A DNA stretch of 64,000 bases from an uncultured Acidobacteriaceae bacterium (GCA_964563425.1 CAZLWY010000243.1:4247-68246); one strand, 5' to 3'; shown: positions 44,248-54,252, counted from the first letter of the stretch. Made by a program: numbers and translations. Notes: a model not told the origin generated them from the sequence alone.

Positions 44248-46633
44248 TTCGAGGGTTGATACCGAGCCGTTTCATGTGCGCGATCAGTGTCGTCCGCTTG
44301 ATTCCCAAACGAGCCGCAGCCCCATGGGGTCCGCCGACGCGGCCTTCTGCCTGCTGCAGTGCCGCGACGACCTGGTCTCGATCGATCGATTGAACCATCT
44401 CGTGGACGCGCTTCCCGGCCCATTCCTGCTGCTGGGCGGAGTTCGGGGAAGCTCCCGATGTCGATCGAAGATCGGCGGGGGGTACGTGCAGGACTCCGCG
44501 CGACGACAAAATCACGGCGCGCTCGATCACGTTCTGCAGTTCTCGAACATTGCCGGGCCAGTCGTAACGCATCAGTGCGCTCATCGTTTCAGAGGGGATG
44601 GTCTGAATGGCCTTGCGCATCCGGCGGCTGAAGAGTTCGGCGAAGTGACGGACAAGCAACGGTACATCCTCGGGGCGCTCGCGCAGTGCCGGCACGTGAA
44701 TCGGGAATACGTTTAGACGATAAAAGAGGTCGGAACGAAACTTCTGTTCGCGCACCATGGTTGAAAGATCTCGGTTGGTCGCCGCGATCAAGCGGGCGTC
44801 GGTTCTTAGAGTCCGGGAGCTTCCGAGGCGTTCGAACTCCCGCTCCTGAAGCACGCGCAGCAGCTTCGGCTGCAGTTCGAGGGGAATCTCGCCGACCTCG
44901 TCAAGAAAGACCGTCCCGCGATGCGCCAATTCGAATCGCCCGATTCGTTGGGAAATCGCACCAGTGAAGGCACCTTTTTCGTGCCCGAACAGTTCACTCT
45001 CGAGCAGTCCGGTTGGAATCGCCGCGCAATTTACCTTCACGAAAGCGTTCGCGCTCCGCCCGCTCAAATTATGAATGGCGCGTGCGATCAATTCTTTACC
45101 GGTGCCGGTCTCTCCATAAATGAGAGCGGTTGATTCGGTGGGTCCAACGGTCTCGAGTTCCTTGAGCACCTTCCGCAGTGCGTCGCTTTTCCCTACGATC
45201 TCATCAAACATCGAGGTTTCGTCGATTTCCTGCCGCAGCGCCACGTTCTCCTGGACGAGCTGGTCCTTTAGCGCATTGATTTCCGCGAGAGCATCCTCGA
45301 GCGCCTTGCTCGAACGCTTCTGCTCCGTGACGTCCATCAGTGTCCCGACGAACTCGAGCGGGATGCCCGCCGCGCTTTTGATCGGGTGGCCCACCGAATG
45401 GATGTGGCTGATGGATCCGTCGTCCAGGATAATTCGATAGTCCAGCTCAATGTCGGTGGCCTCCCGGATCGCCTTCTCAATCACGCCTGCGTACAAGGGA
45501 CGGTCCTCGGGATGCACGCGACCCAGAATGAATTCGAGAGTTATCTTCGTTCCTGGATCGAGTCCGAAGATGCGGTAACTCTCGCAACTCAAGTAGATAT
45601 CGCCCCCCGGAACACTCCGGGCCCAGCTTCCGGTGTGGCTCAACCGTTGTCCTTCCACCAGGTAGGCTTCACTTCGTTTGAGCGCCTCTGCAGCCCGGTT
45701 CGACTCCGTAATGTCGCGATAGACCGCGTAGATCTCAGCCGTTTCTCCGTTGATGCGTACGGGCGCCGCCACAAACGACACCGTCAGCCGGGAACCATCC
45801 TTGCGCCGGCGCACCACTTCGGCATCGACACGTTCCCCGCGCTTCACAGCCTCTCGCAAGCGGTCACACTCATCCCACAGTTCTTCGGGTACAATCAGCT
45901 CTCGAATATTCCGCCCCAGCGCCTCCTCGGCGGCGAAACCGAAGAGTTTCGTGAACTCCTTGTTTACCCGCAGCACCCGGTTATCCGTATCCCGCACGAC
46001 GATCGACTCAGGCGCCAGCTCAAACAGTCTCTCGAAGTGTGCCGTCCGTTTGCGCAATTCGTCCTTGGTCCGCTCCTGCTCCGCGTCTCTGGTCGCGTTG
46101 TCGACGCCCAGCGCGACCTGCTCGGCCACCAGCGTCAGGAAGCGAACCTCTTCGGGGCTGTAGGCATTCTTGTGCGCGACGGCAAAACCCAAGCTGCCAA
46201 GTCGTCTGTGTGCAGTCGTCAAAGGAAGGACGCAAGCCGACCCGACGCCGTGCTGCTTGTAAATTTCCATCAAACGGGGAAAGCGGGTCTCCTCATCGCG
46301 GGAAGCCACGACGACGGGTTGCTGGTGGTGATAGACCCACCATGTAATCGTTTCCTCGGGCGGAAAGTCTGCGGGAATTGCAAAACCAGGCGTCTTATTC
46401 GTATGCAGAACAGGGTTTTGAAGAGTGTTGGAGGCTTCGTCGTAGAGGAATAGCCCGATGAAATCGAAGTCGGCGGCTTGACTCAATTCTCCCGCCAACA
46501 CGCGAAACAGCTCCTTCGGGTCGCGGTGTATATGGATTGCCCGCGAAACCCGGACGAGCGCTTCATATCTGACCAGGAGCGAATGCTCCGGACCCGCCGC
46601 CACTGCTTTGTTCACTCCAGACATCATTCCCAT
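44228..46633 (-). CDS. sigma-54-dependent transcriptional activator (GAF - PAS - PAS - AAA+ - HTH)
   Basis: GAFTGA loop (GHEKGAFTGA), Walker [10 protein letters not shown]-terminal Fis-type HTH (GAAARLGIKRTTLIAHMKRLGI). N-terminal GAF-like domain and two PAS-like blocks. Confidence 0.95.
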   Translation of the reverse strand: MGMMSGVNKAVAAGPEHSLLVRYEALVRVSRAIHIHRDPKELFRVLAGELSQAADFDFIGLFLYDEASNTLQNPVLHTNKTPGFAIPADFPPEETITWWVYHHQQPVVVASRDEETRFPRLMEIYKQHGVGSACVLPLTTAHRRLGSLGFAVAHKNAYSPEEVRFLTLVAEQVALGVDNATRDAEQERTKDELRKRTAHFERLFELAPESIVVRDTDNRVLRVNKEFTKLFGFAAEEALGRNIRELIVPEELWDECDRLREAVKRGERVDAEVVRRRKDGSRLTVSFVAAPVRINGETAEIYAVYRDITESNRAAEALKRSEAYLVEGQRLSHTGSWARSVPGGDIYLSCESYRIFGLDPGTKITLEFILGRVHPEDRPLYAGVIEKAIREATDIELDYRIILDDGSISHIHSVGHPIKSAAGIPLEFVGTLMDVTEQKRSSKALEDALAEINALKDQLVQENVALRQEIDETSMFDEIVGKSDALRKVLKELETVGPTESTALIYGETGTGKELIARAIHNLSGRSANAFVKVNCAAIPTGLLESELFGHEKGAFTGAISQRIGRFELAHRGTVFLDEVGEIPLELQPKLLRVLQEREFERLGSSRTLRTDARLIAATNRDLSTMVREQKFRSDLFYRLNVFPIHVPALRERPEDVPLLVRHFAELFSRRMRKAIQTIPSETMSALMRYDWPGNVRELQNVIERAVILSSRGVLHVPPADLRSTSGASPNSAQQQEWAGKRVHEMVQSIDRDQVVAALQQAEGRVGGPHGAAARLGIKRTTLIAHMKRLGINPRTVMHSR

Positions 46634-47088
46634 CCGCTGACGTGCCCCAATAGCTTATCGCAGTTCCACGGCCGCCGAACACCGCCATCCACGACCATTC
46701 TCGCGCTTTCAAGGTTCCGAACGCGCTCTGCCACATGCGCAGCGGCGGGCTCCGCGCAAGCCGGAGATTGTCTGGAAGTGCATCGGCGTTGAACGCGGAG
46801 TAGGAAAGGGAGCTCTCGATATTCTGAACATCGAGGATCACAGGTTCGGAAGGTTGGGGAATTTGCGGAAGCGCGTCAAAGACAATAGAGCCAGTTGCGA
46901 CGTTCCTTACGACCGCAGCGAGGATGCCATCCAGCGCGGTCGGCGAAGACAAACCGATATTCAGGGCAGCTCGGGCGGAAAAACCGTCGCGGCGAGCCGA
47001 AGACCGATTTGAATGCGACCCCCGCTCGCCGCGTTGACCCTCCGGTTGCTGTCCGCCATGTTGCTGTCGCTTTCTCGCTCGTTCCGTT

Positions 47089-48423
47089 TCATACCCCGGC
47101 GCTCCTGGTCTTCGTAGACGAATCGATCAGGCGATTCAGGGATTGGACGTCGCGAAGTGTGACGTACTGGCCGAGGTCGCGCTCGAAGACGATGTTGAGC
47201 AGCCACTCGATGCCAACGCGCAGTCTCTTCTCCAAACGCGGCAACTTCATCAGGTAAATCGTCCGCCACAACACCCAGCCAACGAGTCCCGAAACGTTGA
47301 ACCCAAACAGGTGCGCGACTCCGGTCCGGCGGCCGATGGCGGCCAGTTGTCCGGGAGCTTCATACACGAAAGCTTTCGTTTGCTTGCCTTCCAATCGCGA
47401 GCGGATGTTCTTGCCGATGAGGCGGCCTTCGCGGAGGGCGTGCTGCGCCGTGGGAGGATACGCCAGCTTCGTGACGGGATCCGTGATTGCGGCGCAGTCG
47501 CCGGCCGCCCAAATTCCCGGGTGACCGGGAACCTCCAACGTAGAATCGACGAGGACTCGGCCCTTTTGTAATTCGAAAGAGGTGGTCTTGAGGATAGGGC
47601 TCGGGGAAACGCCCGCGGCCCAGACAAGGGTCTCGGCGGGTATGCGCTCACCGTCGTCGCACTGGATCGCGCCGTTCTCGCAAGCCGTGACTTTGGAATT
47701 CAATTTGATTTCCACGCGCCTCTCGCCCAGCTTTTTCTGCGCGTAACGGCCGAGCTTTTCGCCAAGCTCCGGCAGAATGAATGGGCCGCCGTGAATCAGG
47801 ACGACGCGCACTTCCGCCGGATCGATCTGGCCGTAGTGGGGAAGGCTTTCGCGCGCGAGATCGTTTATCGCGCCCGTCGTCTCGACGCCCGCGAATCCGC
47901 CGCCCGCGACCACGAAGGTGAGCATTTTCTTTCGCTGCTCGGGATCGGGCTCGACACTGGCCGCCTCCAGCAGCGCGATGACGGCGGCACGCAACATGAT
48001 GGCGTCTCCCAGAGTTTTTATGCCGAAGGCGTGCTCTGCCACGCCCGGTACTCCGGCGTAATTCGTGTCCGAGCCCAGGGAGAAGACCAGGTAATCGTAC
48101 GGCAGTTCGCGGCGGATCAGACTGGTGGTATAGGAGATGGTGACGCGCTTCTGAGAAAGATCGATCGATTCGACGTTGCCGGTGAGAATGATCACGCGAC
48201 GGAGCAGCTTGCGAAGCGGGTTGCAGATATGGGTAGGCTCGAGATCGCCAGCGGCCACTTCGTGCAACATCGGCGTGAATACCGTGAAGTTTTCGCGGCT
48301 GACCAGGGTCACTTCGATGTCTTCGCGTTTTGCGGCAGTGCGGTCGAGGTACCGCGCGGCTTCGACGCCCGCGAAACCTCCCCCGAGGATGACAATGCGC
48401 TTTTTTGCGGTGGAGCTATTCAT
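47089..48423 (-). CDS. ndh: type II NADH dehydrogenase-like FAD/NAD(P) oxidoreductase (NDH-2)
   Basis: ATG at 48423 (MNSSTAKKRIVILGGGFAGVEAA). Second dinucleotide motif FVVAGGGFAGVE. C-terminal membrane-association region. Confidence 0.85.
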   Translation of the reverse strand: MNSSTAKKRIVILGGGFAGVEAARYLDRTAAKREDIEVTLVSRENFTVFTPMLHEVAAGDLEPTHICNPLRKLLRRVIILTGNVESIDLSQKRVTISYTTSLIRRELPYDYLVFSLGSDTNYAGVPGVAEHAFGIKTLGDAIMLRAAVIALLEAASVEPDPEQRKKMLTFVVAGGGFAGVETTGAINDLARESLPHYGQIDPAEVRVVLIHGGPFILPELGEKLGRYAQKKLGERRVEIKLNSKVTACENGAIQCDDGERIPAETLVWAAGVSPSPILKTTSFELQKGRVLVDSTLEVPGHPGIWAAGDCAAITDPVTKLAYPPTAQHALREGRLIGKNIRSRLEGKQTKAFVYEAPGQLAAIGRRTGVAHLFGFNVSGLVGWVLWRTIYLMKLPRLEKRLRVGIEWLLNIVFERDLGQYVTLRDVQSLNRLIDSSTKTRSAGV

Positions 48424-48582
48424 TTGGGTACCCTTTGTTCCTGGTGAGACGTGGGGCGCTGTGCGGACCCAGCAGAAAATGGCCGAGTTTCGTCTGCCGG
48501 GCAAGCGCCCGCGGTCAGCAGCCGCAATGCCTGTGCGCCGGTCGACATCGCCACGACACTCCCGGACCCGCCACCGAACGGG

Positions 48583-48789
48583 CTAGACCGTTCCGGCGGC
48601 CCGCGCCTTGCGCAACTTATCTTTGTCCTGTCCGGTGAGCTTCCAGGTGTGGTGGACATCATCGGCGAGATGCATCACTTCGATTTCGTCGCCTTTGTTC
48701 AGCGCCTCCCAAAGCTCGTTTTCGCTGAGTAATGGCTTTGCGTCGACGGTCTTCTTGCATTTGTCGCAGACTGCTTGTACGGGCTTCAT
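48583..48789 (-). CDS. small hypothetical protein (68 aa)
   Basis: ATG at 48789 preceded by AAGGAG. MKPVQAVCDKCKKTVDAKPLL.. contains a single CxxC. Confidence 0.5.
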   Translation of the reverse strand: MKPVQAVCDKCKKTVDAKPLLSENELWEALNKGDEIEVMHLADDVHHTWKLTGQDKDKLRKARAAGTV

Positions 48790-48875
48790 GTGATCTCCTT
48801 TCGTTTTGGAACTCGACCTTGTTCCGAATCCGAAAACCACGGTGCGCCCAGCTTTTGCGCCCCGGTTCTCATCAT

Positions 48876-48891
48876 ACTGAATCAATTCAGT
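48876..48891. promoter_or_regulatory. 7-2-7 inverted repeat, operator-like
   Basis: ACTGAAT-CA-ATTCAGT has perfect arms and lies about 90-100 nt upstream of the small ORF start at 48789. Confidence 0.3.
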
Positions 48892-49101
48892 CTTGAAGAG
48901 AACTCGCCGAGCAGAAAATGGCTCGGCCGGCTTCTCACTTCACGCTCAAAGTACTTCCATCAGGATAGGCGCTGATGAAAGACCTCCGTAAGGCCGTCGG
49001 CGTATAGGGTCATGCGGTCGTTCGGCCGAAGCCCCCTTCGCCGTCGATCTCCCTACAGATTCCTTCCTGTCTTGCTGGCTTCGGCGACGGCGTAGTTTTC
49101 A

Positions 49102-49944
49102 CTATATGCTCAAAACCGGCACGGGCGAATCGCGAACAATCTGATACGCAAGATCGTGCTGACCCCTTCTTCCAATGAGGAACATGTCCGTGCCCGAACG
49201 CCGTAGTGCTTCGACCAGAGCCTCCTTGACGGACCCACCGGCGGTGATCTGAAAGGGCGCATTGGATCCAACCGCCCGCTGAAGCAGTTCGGCGCGCCGC
49301 CGTGCGTCTCGCGCCTCGGCAAGGTCCAACTCATCATCGCGACCCAGTTCCCTTGGGAGGCCGAGACGGCTTACCTGAACCGCGTGGATCACACAAAGCC
49401 GCGCACCGCTGGCTTCCGCTGCCTCGGAAGCCGCACGAAGCACTCGTTCGGAATCGTCATCCAGGCTAATCGCGCAGAGCCACCTCCGATTTTCGAGCGG
49501 TTTCGGAGCCATCGTTTCGGCGTGTTCGCTCGTCAGCACGGGGCAGTCGGCATCCATGAGCACTTTAGCTGTGGTGGAACCGAGCAACATCCGCCGAAAG
49601 CGGCCTGCATGCGTGGGCATGACGATGAGATCAAAGGCCCCCGCATGGGCCAGGTGTGAGATCTCGTCTGCTACGTCGCCGAAGGCCAGAAATCGCTCCG
49701 ATTCAGTCGTGGGGAACTCAGCCTGAAGGAAGGCATTCAGCCTCCGCTGGGCGAGGCTGCGGTGCTCTTCACCTATTTCGGGGCCAGGCCGCACGTAGAT
49801 TTCGAATCCGTTTTGGCTCGCGAGATTCGCCACATGAAGCAGTGCCACTCTAGCTTTGAAGATCGTCGCAGCCCTGGCCACATAGCCGGCCATGGCCGCG
49901 CACGCGGGCGAGAAGTCCACGGGAAAGAGAATTTTTCGGATCAT
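49102..49944 (-). CDS. tandem-domain universal stress protein (UspA family)
   Basis: MIRKILFPVDFSP.. and a second Usp-like half (WLCAISLDDDSERVLRAASEAA..). 280 aa. Confidence 0.9.
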   Translation of the reverse strand: MIRKILFPVDFSPACAAMAGYVARAATIFKARVALLHVANLASQNGFEIYVRPGPEIGEEHRSLAQRRLNAFLQAEFPTTESERFLAFGDVADEISHLAHAGAFDLIVMPTHAGRFRRMLLGSTTAKVLMDADCPVLTSEHAETMAPKPLENRRWLCAISLDDDSERVLRAASEAAEASGARLCVIHAVQVSRLGLPRELGRDDELDLAEARDARRRAELLQRAVGSNAPFQITAGGSVKEALVEALRRSGTDMFLIGRRGQHDLAYQIVRDSPVPVLSI

Positions 49945-50227
49945 CGGCCTTATCCAGGAGTTTTTCCGCTCACCTTAACAACCATTTCATCGGGCGCCTG
50001 AACGCTCGTCGACTGAGTCACAACCAATCGACCATGGCAACGGATGGCCCGGACCGGCCCTGATCGCATGGCAGACCGGTGTCGCGATGCTATACGTGAT
50101 GATCGCCGTGAAAACAAAATCGGAACCGTCTCTGGGCCTTCTCTCCGACTGCGGGTTTCGGCCTCGCATTCTTCCGTTGCCAAAACCCTGGCATGTCTCT
50201 CGCCTGCTCAAAGGAGCGACGGCGGGG

Positions 50228-50977
50228 TCAGGCCGAAGCAATCCGTGTCGTGAAAGACGAGTTTCGCTGTTGATCCTCGCGAAGCAGTCGCAGCAGATTC
50301 TGCCCGAGCCTTTGGCGGGCCCGATGGACTCGAGACTTCAGCGCACTGCTGTTGATGCCCAGCAGCTTGACCGATTCCGCGGTCGTAAATTCGTCCACAT
50401 GGCGAAGCAGAAATGCCGTTAAAATCAACGAAGGCAGCTGATGAATCTGTTGTGCGAGCAAGTCGTGCAATTCTGCAAGCCTGCAAGACTCCTCGGGCGT
50501 CGGTCCATCGTCGACAGGAGCTGGCAGCGAGCCTTCGTCCCTTTCCGGCGTCTCGCGCCATGAAACCTGAAAAAGGCGTTTGTTTCTGCGACGAATCATC
50601 AGGGCTGAATTGATGGCAATTCGCGTAAGCCAGGTGGAAATCGACGATCGACCTTCAAATGTGTGAAGTCTCGAATAGGCCCGGCGCCAAGTATCTTGTA
50701 CGGCGTCTTCGGCATCCTCCTTGTTCCGTAATACGCTAAGCGCCACTCGATACAGCTGGGGAGTGTGGGTTGCGAAAAGTCGCGTCTGAGCCTCCGATTC
50801 ACCCGCGACGGCTCGCTGAATCAACGCCAGGTCCTCGGCGGCCCTGGCAGGACCGGGTTTCCCCCCGGCCGACGGAGGCGGGCCGACAGGAGCGGTCCTT
50901 CGAGCGCGACTCTTGTTGACCGCAAAAGGCCCGCCGGCCATCGTCTGACGGCTCACTGGATGTTGTAGAGCGCTCAT
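50228..50977 (-). CDS. ECF-type RNA polymerase sigma-70 family factor
   Basis: Region 2 (NKEDAEDAVQDTWRRAY) and region 4 HTH (TTAESVKLLGINSSALKSRVHRARQRL). Start uncertain (ATG at 50977 or 50941). No adjacent anti-sigma gene recognised. Confidence 0.8.
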   Translation of the reverse strand: MSALQHPVSRQTMAGGPFAVNKSRARRTAPVGPPPSAGGKPGPARAAEDLALIQRAVAGESEAQTRLFATHTPQLYRVALSVLRNKEDAEDAVQDTWRRAYSRLHTFEGRSSISTWLTRIAINSALMIRRRNKRLFQVSWRETPERDEGSLPAPVDDGPTPEESCRLAELHDLLAQQIHQLPSLILTAFLLRHVDEFTTAESVKLLGINSSALKSRVHRARQRLGQNLLRLLREDQQRNSSFTTRIASA

Positions 50978-51278
50978 GGCTACTGAATTCCTGCTAAACC
51001 GAAAGCTCTTGATGGAATGCAATCGACTTGCCGAAGCGCCCGCCCTCGCCGGCCCGACAAGTGTTCTCCTTGCAATGGTTTCGGGAAACAGGAAGGCGCT
51101 CGAATTCTCAGGAGGCTGCGTGCGTGTCAGCAGGCTGTCAGTTGGCAGCCAACAATCAGAACCAAGAGAGGACCCGGGGTTGACGGAAATTCGCGCACGG
51201 GTCTTTACAGAAGGATCCCACGTGAAACTTGAATGAAACCTGCTGCGACAGACGAAAGGTGAATGCTCATACCGCAGG

Positions 51279-52361
51279 TCAGATTTGAGGGAGTTCAGGA
51301 TTCTCACTTCTAGGCAGTCGTTCAGGCGGCGACGCTAGACTCGGGTTGAAGCACTTCTGCCAGAGAACCCGCACAACCACGATCAACGGAATCGACAGAT
51401 AGATGCCCACAATTCCGTCGATTTTGCCTCCGATCATCACTGCGAAAATCACCAACAACGGGTGGATTTCCAAGTTGTGCCCGACCACGCGGGGCGAGAT
51501 GAAGTAGTCCATGACGAGCCGCCATACGCCTAGAAGAGCGGCGATCCATATCCAGTGAGAGTGGGTAGCGGCCCCAACCGTGATGATCACGGCTGCCGAA
51601 GTCATCCAGCCGGCTACGGGAATGAACTCCAACACCCCGCCTAAGACTCCGAGCGCGATTGCATGCGGAAACTTCGCCAGGAGCATCGCGCCCGAATAAA
51701 ACACAAAGGACCAGCCAGCGAGAATCACCTTGGCTCTGATGTATCTCCTAAGACCGAGGTTCAGTTCATCAGCGATTTCTCTGATCTCCCGGTAATTATT
51801 GTCATTGGAGAAAAGATGGATAAGGGCATCCGCCATGCGGCTACCCTCAGCAAGAAAGAAAACTGCGAGAATGGGGACAATCACGGCTGCAGCCACGGCA
51901 TTTGAAGCGAACCGTTCCGCATTCTGCAAAAACTCCAAAGTCCAGTTTCGATGCTCGACGAGAAACTGCCTCAAGCGAGATTTTCGACCTTCATTCCAGT
52001 GATATTTTTGGCCGATGCTCTCGGCGATTTCCCCCGTGGAAAGCCCCTCGACCAGGGCCGGTACAGTCTCAAACAGTGCGCTGTTGGCGTGTGTCAGGCG
52101 AGGGGCGAGGGCATGACCTAGGAACGCGAGGCAAAGAAGAAATGCGAGATAAGCTTCCAGCACGTGCGGTCCCCTCAGGTTTCTGAAGAACAGGGCGTGG
52201 CTCTGCAAGAATCGAACGACAGGGTCGATGAGGTAGGCTAGCAAGATGGCGAAGGCGAACACGATGAGGATGGCCCGAGCGACATAAACGGTCGCCAGCA
52301 CAACCGCAAACAGAAGTGTTGTCAGCAGGATGTTGAGTGTGCGGCGATCTGGGAACGCCAT
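51279..52361 (-). CDS. AI-2E (PerM/YhhT) family transporter
   Basis: ATG at 52361 (MAFPDRRTLNILLTTLLFAVVLATVYV). About eight hydrophobic segments with the typical family layout. Confidence 0.8.
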   Translation of the reverse strand: MAFPDRRTLNILLTTLLFAVVLATVYVARAILIVFAFAILLAYLIDPVVRFLQSHALFFRNLRGPHVLEAYLAFLLCLAFLGHALAPRLTHANSALFETVPALVEGLSTGEIAESIGQKYHWNEGRKSRLRQFLVEHRNWTLEFLQNAERFASNAVAAAVIVPILAVFFLAEGSRMADALIHLFSNDNNYREIREIADELNLGLRRYIRAKVILAGWSFVFYSGAMLLAKFPHAIALGVLGGVLEFIPVAGWMTSAAVIITVGAATHSHWIWIAALLGVWRLVMDYFISPRVVGHNLEIHPLLVIFAVMIGGKIDGIVGIYLSIPLIVVVRVLWQKCFNPSLASPPERLPRSENPELPQI

Positions 52362-52417
52362 CTGTATCGCCCTTCTATACGGGAAGGTTCTTATGGAAAC
52401 GAACGTACCCCGAACCC

Positions 52418-53485
52418 TCAGGGTTCGAAGCGTGCATCCAGGCTTCGGGCGATGCCGAGCTTTTTCATCCGGAAATAAAGGGTTGAACGGTTCAGACCCA
52501 GGCGCGCTGCGGCGCCACTGGGCCCGGAAAGTATCCATCGTGTGTCTTTCAGCGTCGTCAAGATATGGTTGCGCTCGACCTCCTCGAGTGTCTGCGAGCG
52601 GTTTGCGTCTCTGCGGGACACCATCCGTGTGCTCAAATCGTGATTTGCGATCCGCAGGATGGGACCCGGGCTTAGAATTACCGCGCGTTCGATTACATTC
52701 TCCAATTCTCGAATATTTCCTGGCCAGGGATAGCTCCTCAATGCCTCCATCGTGTCCGACGAGATCATGTCGATTGTCTTTCCGGCTTTTCTCGCGAACC
52801 TCTGCACAAAATGCTCCACCAGGAGCGGAATGTCCTCGGGCCGTTTCCGCAATGGCGGAAGGAATATGGGCACAACATTCAAGCGATAGTACAGGTCGCT
52901 CCGAAACTGCTTTTCGAGAATCATCCCCTCCAAGTCACGATGTGTCGCAGCGACAACGCGAACGTCCACCCTCCTCGTTCGAGTGCTGCCCAGGCGTTCG
53001 AATTCTCGTTCCTGTAACACACGCAGAAGCTTTGGCTGGAGTTCGAGCGGAATATCGCCAATCTCGTCGAGGAATAATGAGCCTTGATCGCCAAGCTCGA
53101 GGCGTCCGACCTTCTGTGTAATGGCTCCGGTGAAGGCGCCGCGCTCGTGTCCGAAGAGTTCGCTTTCGAGCAGGCCGCTCGGAATGGCGGCGCAGTTTAG
53201 CTTCACAAAGCCGTGGTCTCTTCGACTGCTGCAATGGTGGATCGCGCGAGCGATGAGTTCCTTTCCGGTGCCGGTCTCGCCGAGCAGCAGGACAGTCGAA
53301 TCGCCAGGCGCGACCTGCTCAACCATGTTCAGCACTCTTCGCAGCGGTGAACTCTGGCCAATGATTCCCTCGAATCCGGTCTCGTTTCGAGTCAGTTCGC
53401 CGACGACATCGAAGCTGGCCAACTCGTTGCCGGAGCGAGGAGCCTGAAGACGGATGTTCTCAAAAGCGAAACTATGCAATGCCAT
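52418..53485 (-). CDS. sigma-54-dependent activator lacking an N-terminal sensory/receiver domain (AAA+ - HTH only)
   Basis: ATG at 53485 lies 6 nt after AGGGAG. Only about 50 residues precede the AAA+ core. Walker [19 protein letters not shown] loop, C-terminal HTH ([21 protein letters not shown]). Confidence 0.9.
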   Translation of the reverse strand: MALHSFAFENIRLQAPRSGNELASFDVVGELTRNETGFEGIIGQSSPLRRVLNMVEQVAPGDSTVLLLGETGTGKELIARAIHHCSSRRDHGFVKLNCAAIPSGLLESELFGHERGAFTGAITQKVGRLELGDQGSLFLDEIGDIPLELQPKLLRVLQEREFERLGSTRTRRVDVRVVAATHRDLEGMILEKQFRSDLYYRLNVVPIFLPPLRKRPEDIPLLVEHFVQRFARKAGKTIDMISSDTMEALRSYPWPGNIRELENVIERAVILSPGPILRIANHDLSTRMVSRRDANRSQTLEEVERNHILTTLKDTRWILSGPSGAAARLGLNRSTLYFRMKKLGIARSLDARFEP

Positions 53486-53536
53486 GGCAGCTCCCTTTTC
53501 GTCCGCTTTGAAAGCCACGCAAGAACACGGCGAGCG

Positions 53537-53815
53537 TCACTTCCTTCGCCTGGGTGTTCGTTTCCGGCTTCCATCAATCCAGTCTCGAATATAGGCTGGG
53601 CAATTCATGAGTCCGATTTTGTCTGTCTCGCACTGCCCCAGAAAGTGAACGACTTCGCGATCGACCAGAGTTACATCCTTCAAGTCGAGTACGATTCGAG
53701 CGACGTTCCGCTCCGACGCGATTAAGGACTTCAATTCCGCGAGGTTTTCGTCGCTCATTCGACCGATAAGCGTGAGAACAACTTCCCCGTTTGCGCTCCG
53801 AAGGATCCTGAACAC
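53537..53815 (-). CDS. small STAS-like protein, paralog of 43805-44077
   Basis: GTG start with a weak SD. VVLTLIGRM..IVLDLKDVTLVDREVVHFL. Ends 51 nt upstream of the sensor-less activator gene. Confidence 0.45.
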   Translation of the reverse strand: MFRILRSANGEVVLTLIGRMSDENLAELKSLIASERNVARIVLDLKDVTLVDREVVHFLGQCETDKIGLMNCPAYIRDWIDGSRKRTPRRRK

Positions 53816-54252
53816 AAACCGACGAATGCAAAGCGATAGCCAACGTGCCCGAATGAAAAAAGGTCACTTATGCGGATTGTCGATGGCGAGTTCTCGCCAA
53901 ATGTCGGGAAGTCGTCAAATCACAATGGCGGTTCGCTCTCGATGGGGCTCTGACGGCGCCTTCGCGTTGGGCGCGAGGGCCGGGATCTGGCTTGGGAATG
54001 AGAAAGTTGCTGGCGGGAATATACCGTGGGGGTGTCCCGGCGGCCGTCGAAGCCGTAGCTCACTCGCCGAAACGCACCTGCGTACCTCCGTCCATTGCCA
54101 GTCCGTTCGAGAAGCCGTTTGGATTTGCCGCAGACCCTTCGACATCCTCGGATACGCATCGATAGGAGGAGCCGGGCGTAGTGGGCTCCAGCTTGACGTT
54201 GAGTGGGGTTGGATGTGTGCCGAGTTTCCCGACGGATGCCATGTCGGTCGTC

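Noticed and set aside
48524-48538. GCGCAC-N5-TTGC (minus strand) about 100 nt upstream of ndh
   Set aside because: The conserved -24 GG dinucleotide is broken (CG). I treated it as below threshold.
50189-50203. TGGCAT-GTCTC-TCGC, a sigma-54-like match on the plus strand
   Set aside because: The spacing is right, but there is no credible plus-strand gene downstream. It points antisense into the 3' end of the ECF sigma gene. Most likely a chance match.
50976-51236. 86-aa plus-strand ORF, plus the in-frame upstream extension of the ECF sigma ORF to 51307
   Set aside because: Both lie in the 300-nt spacer upstream of the sigma factor gene. The translations are not protein-like and there is no SD. 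More likely promoter or leader DNA.
52411-52427. CGAACCC-TCA-GGGTTCG hairpin at the stop codon of the sensor-less activator
   Set aside because: A perfect 7-bp stem, but the loop is the stop codon itself and no U-run follows on the transcribed strand. Insufficient for a terminator call.
53816-53900. Searched for a -24/-12 promoter in front of the second STAS-like gene (a GGGCAC lies at about 53845-53850 on the minus strand)
   Set aside because: No GC at the correct spacing: GGGCAC-GTTGG-CTAT, and the nearest TTGC is 13 nt away. No promoter call made.
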